DNA of 64,000 nucleotides from Octopus vulgaris (Eukaryota): positions 40,424,001-40,488,000 of the forward strand of contig OX597817.1 of NCBI GenBank assembly GCA_951406725.2, read 5' to 3'. The position numbers and the translations under genes were made by a program. Shown piece by piece: positions 62,870 through 64,000 of the stretch (the first letter of the stretch is position 1; every line of letters begins with the position of its first letter). The notes beneath the pieces were generated by a model. It saw only the letters and a program-made list of their open reading frames with translations, did not search any database and had not been told where the DNA came from.

Positions 62870-63476
62870 GGATCTTTACCTTTTGACCGACAGATTTAAA
62901 AAATAATTTTTTGTAACTAAACACTTTCATACTTCGGACACTGGTAGAATGTGTCATATAAAACACGTTTTACTCTTAGCATGTTTGAGAAAAACTTATA
63001 TTTATGAAGTTATTTCATGTTAAAGTTGTCCTATTTCAGTAATTTCAATTAATCAATGATGTGTATTCAGCTGAATAAAATTACTGCTGTTGTTTGTTAA
63101 CAAGAACTTCCGGCAGTGTATATTTCGTTTGTCACTGTTTTTTATGACAATCCTAACCCTAAAACCTCAAAGCTAAAACCTGTACAAAAGCATGAATGAT
63201 GTCATAAATAACAGTGACAAACGAAAAATTCACTGCCGATAGTTGTTGACAAACAACAGCAGTAATGTTATTCAGTTGAATACACATCATTGATTGGTTG
63301 AAATTACCAAAATACGACTACTTTAATGTGAAATAACTTTGTAAATATAAGTTTTTCTCAAAAATGCTAAGAGTAAAACATGTTTTATATGACACATTCT
63401 ACCATTGTCCGAAGTTTGAAAGTGTTTAGTTACAAAAAATTATTTTTTAAATCTGTCGGTCAAAAGGTAAAGATCC
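62870..63476. mobile_element. 607-bp foldback (palindromic) non-autonomous DNA transposon with 8-bp TSD
   Basis: Arms 62870-63149 and 63200-63476 are inverted repeats starting GGATCTTTACCTTTTGACCGACAGATT. GCCAGCCT lies at 62862-62869 and 63477-63484. Confidence 0.92.
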
Positions 63477-63749
63477 GCCAGCCTTTGTCAAACTGAATTT
63501 CCCTGAGAACTATGTTAAAGGTACGCATGTCTGAGGAATGCTCAGCCACTTGCACAATGATTTCATGAGAAGGCTGTTCTGTTGATCAGATCAACTGGAA
63601 CCCTCGTTGTAACTGATGGAGCACCAGTTTGAACAGTACAGCCTGAAAATTTATTAGTTCTTGATGGAAAAATTCTTCACAAAAATATAGATAAACACCC
63701 AGTGATAAAGTTGATGCTTGCTGACATTGCCATGCTGGGAGGGATTTAA

Positions 63750-63971
63750 CCCTTTTGTTACAAACCCGGCTGAAACCGGCTCTGGCTCTGTAGTACAAAT
63801 GTCTTGTTTTCATAAATTTTGAAGTAAAATCTTCCACCAAACCTTAGTCACAATTAATGGTCTCTGACACTAGCTTAATGATAACTAAGTTATTTTACTA
63901 AATTCTTTGCTATATCTAAAATAATTGAGAAAAACAAAGAGCATCTCAAAATAAATACAGTAACGAAAGGG
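63750..63971. mobile_element. piggyBac-like (TTAA) MITE, second family
   Basis: TTAA-CCCTTTTGTTAC ... GTAACGAAAGGG-TTAA; decayed relatives near 19440, 29535 and 46010. Confidence 0.78.
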
Positions 63972-64000
63972 TTAAATAAAAAAAAATCATAATTTTCTGT

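Overview
AT-rich, repeat-dense eukaryotic genomic DNA. The SINE families and (TA)n/(CA)n load suggest an octopus; that is an inference. The whole window lies inside one large + strand gene. Thirteen GT-AG coding exons (6294-62515, 1619 nt, about 539 codons, phases consistent) splice into the middle of a TMTC4-type protein O-mannosyltransferase (TM region, DUF1736, first TPR repeats). Both gene ends lie outside the window. The introns contain a decayed DD37D (maT) transposon, mariner/RTE/CR1 fragments, several tRNA-derived SINE families, MITEs (Tc2/pogo-like, hAT-like, piggyBac-like), a non-autonomous Helitron, a 607-bp foldback element with an 8-bp TSD, and a 5'-truncated 5S rRNA copy. The least expected signal is a set of type I hammerhead ribozyme-like motifs of the Penelope-associated minimal kind, all carrying core mutations. 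Two palindromes are centred on a hammerhead stem II, with the CUGANGA half replaced by a mirror copy of the GAAAC..GUH half. This suggests fold-back self-priming during retrotransposition. Nearly all ORFs in the supplied track are microsatellite or repeat artefacts.
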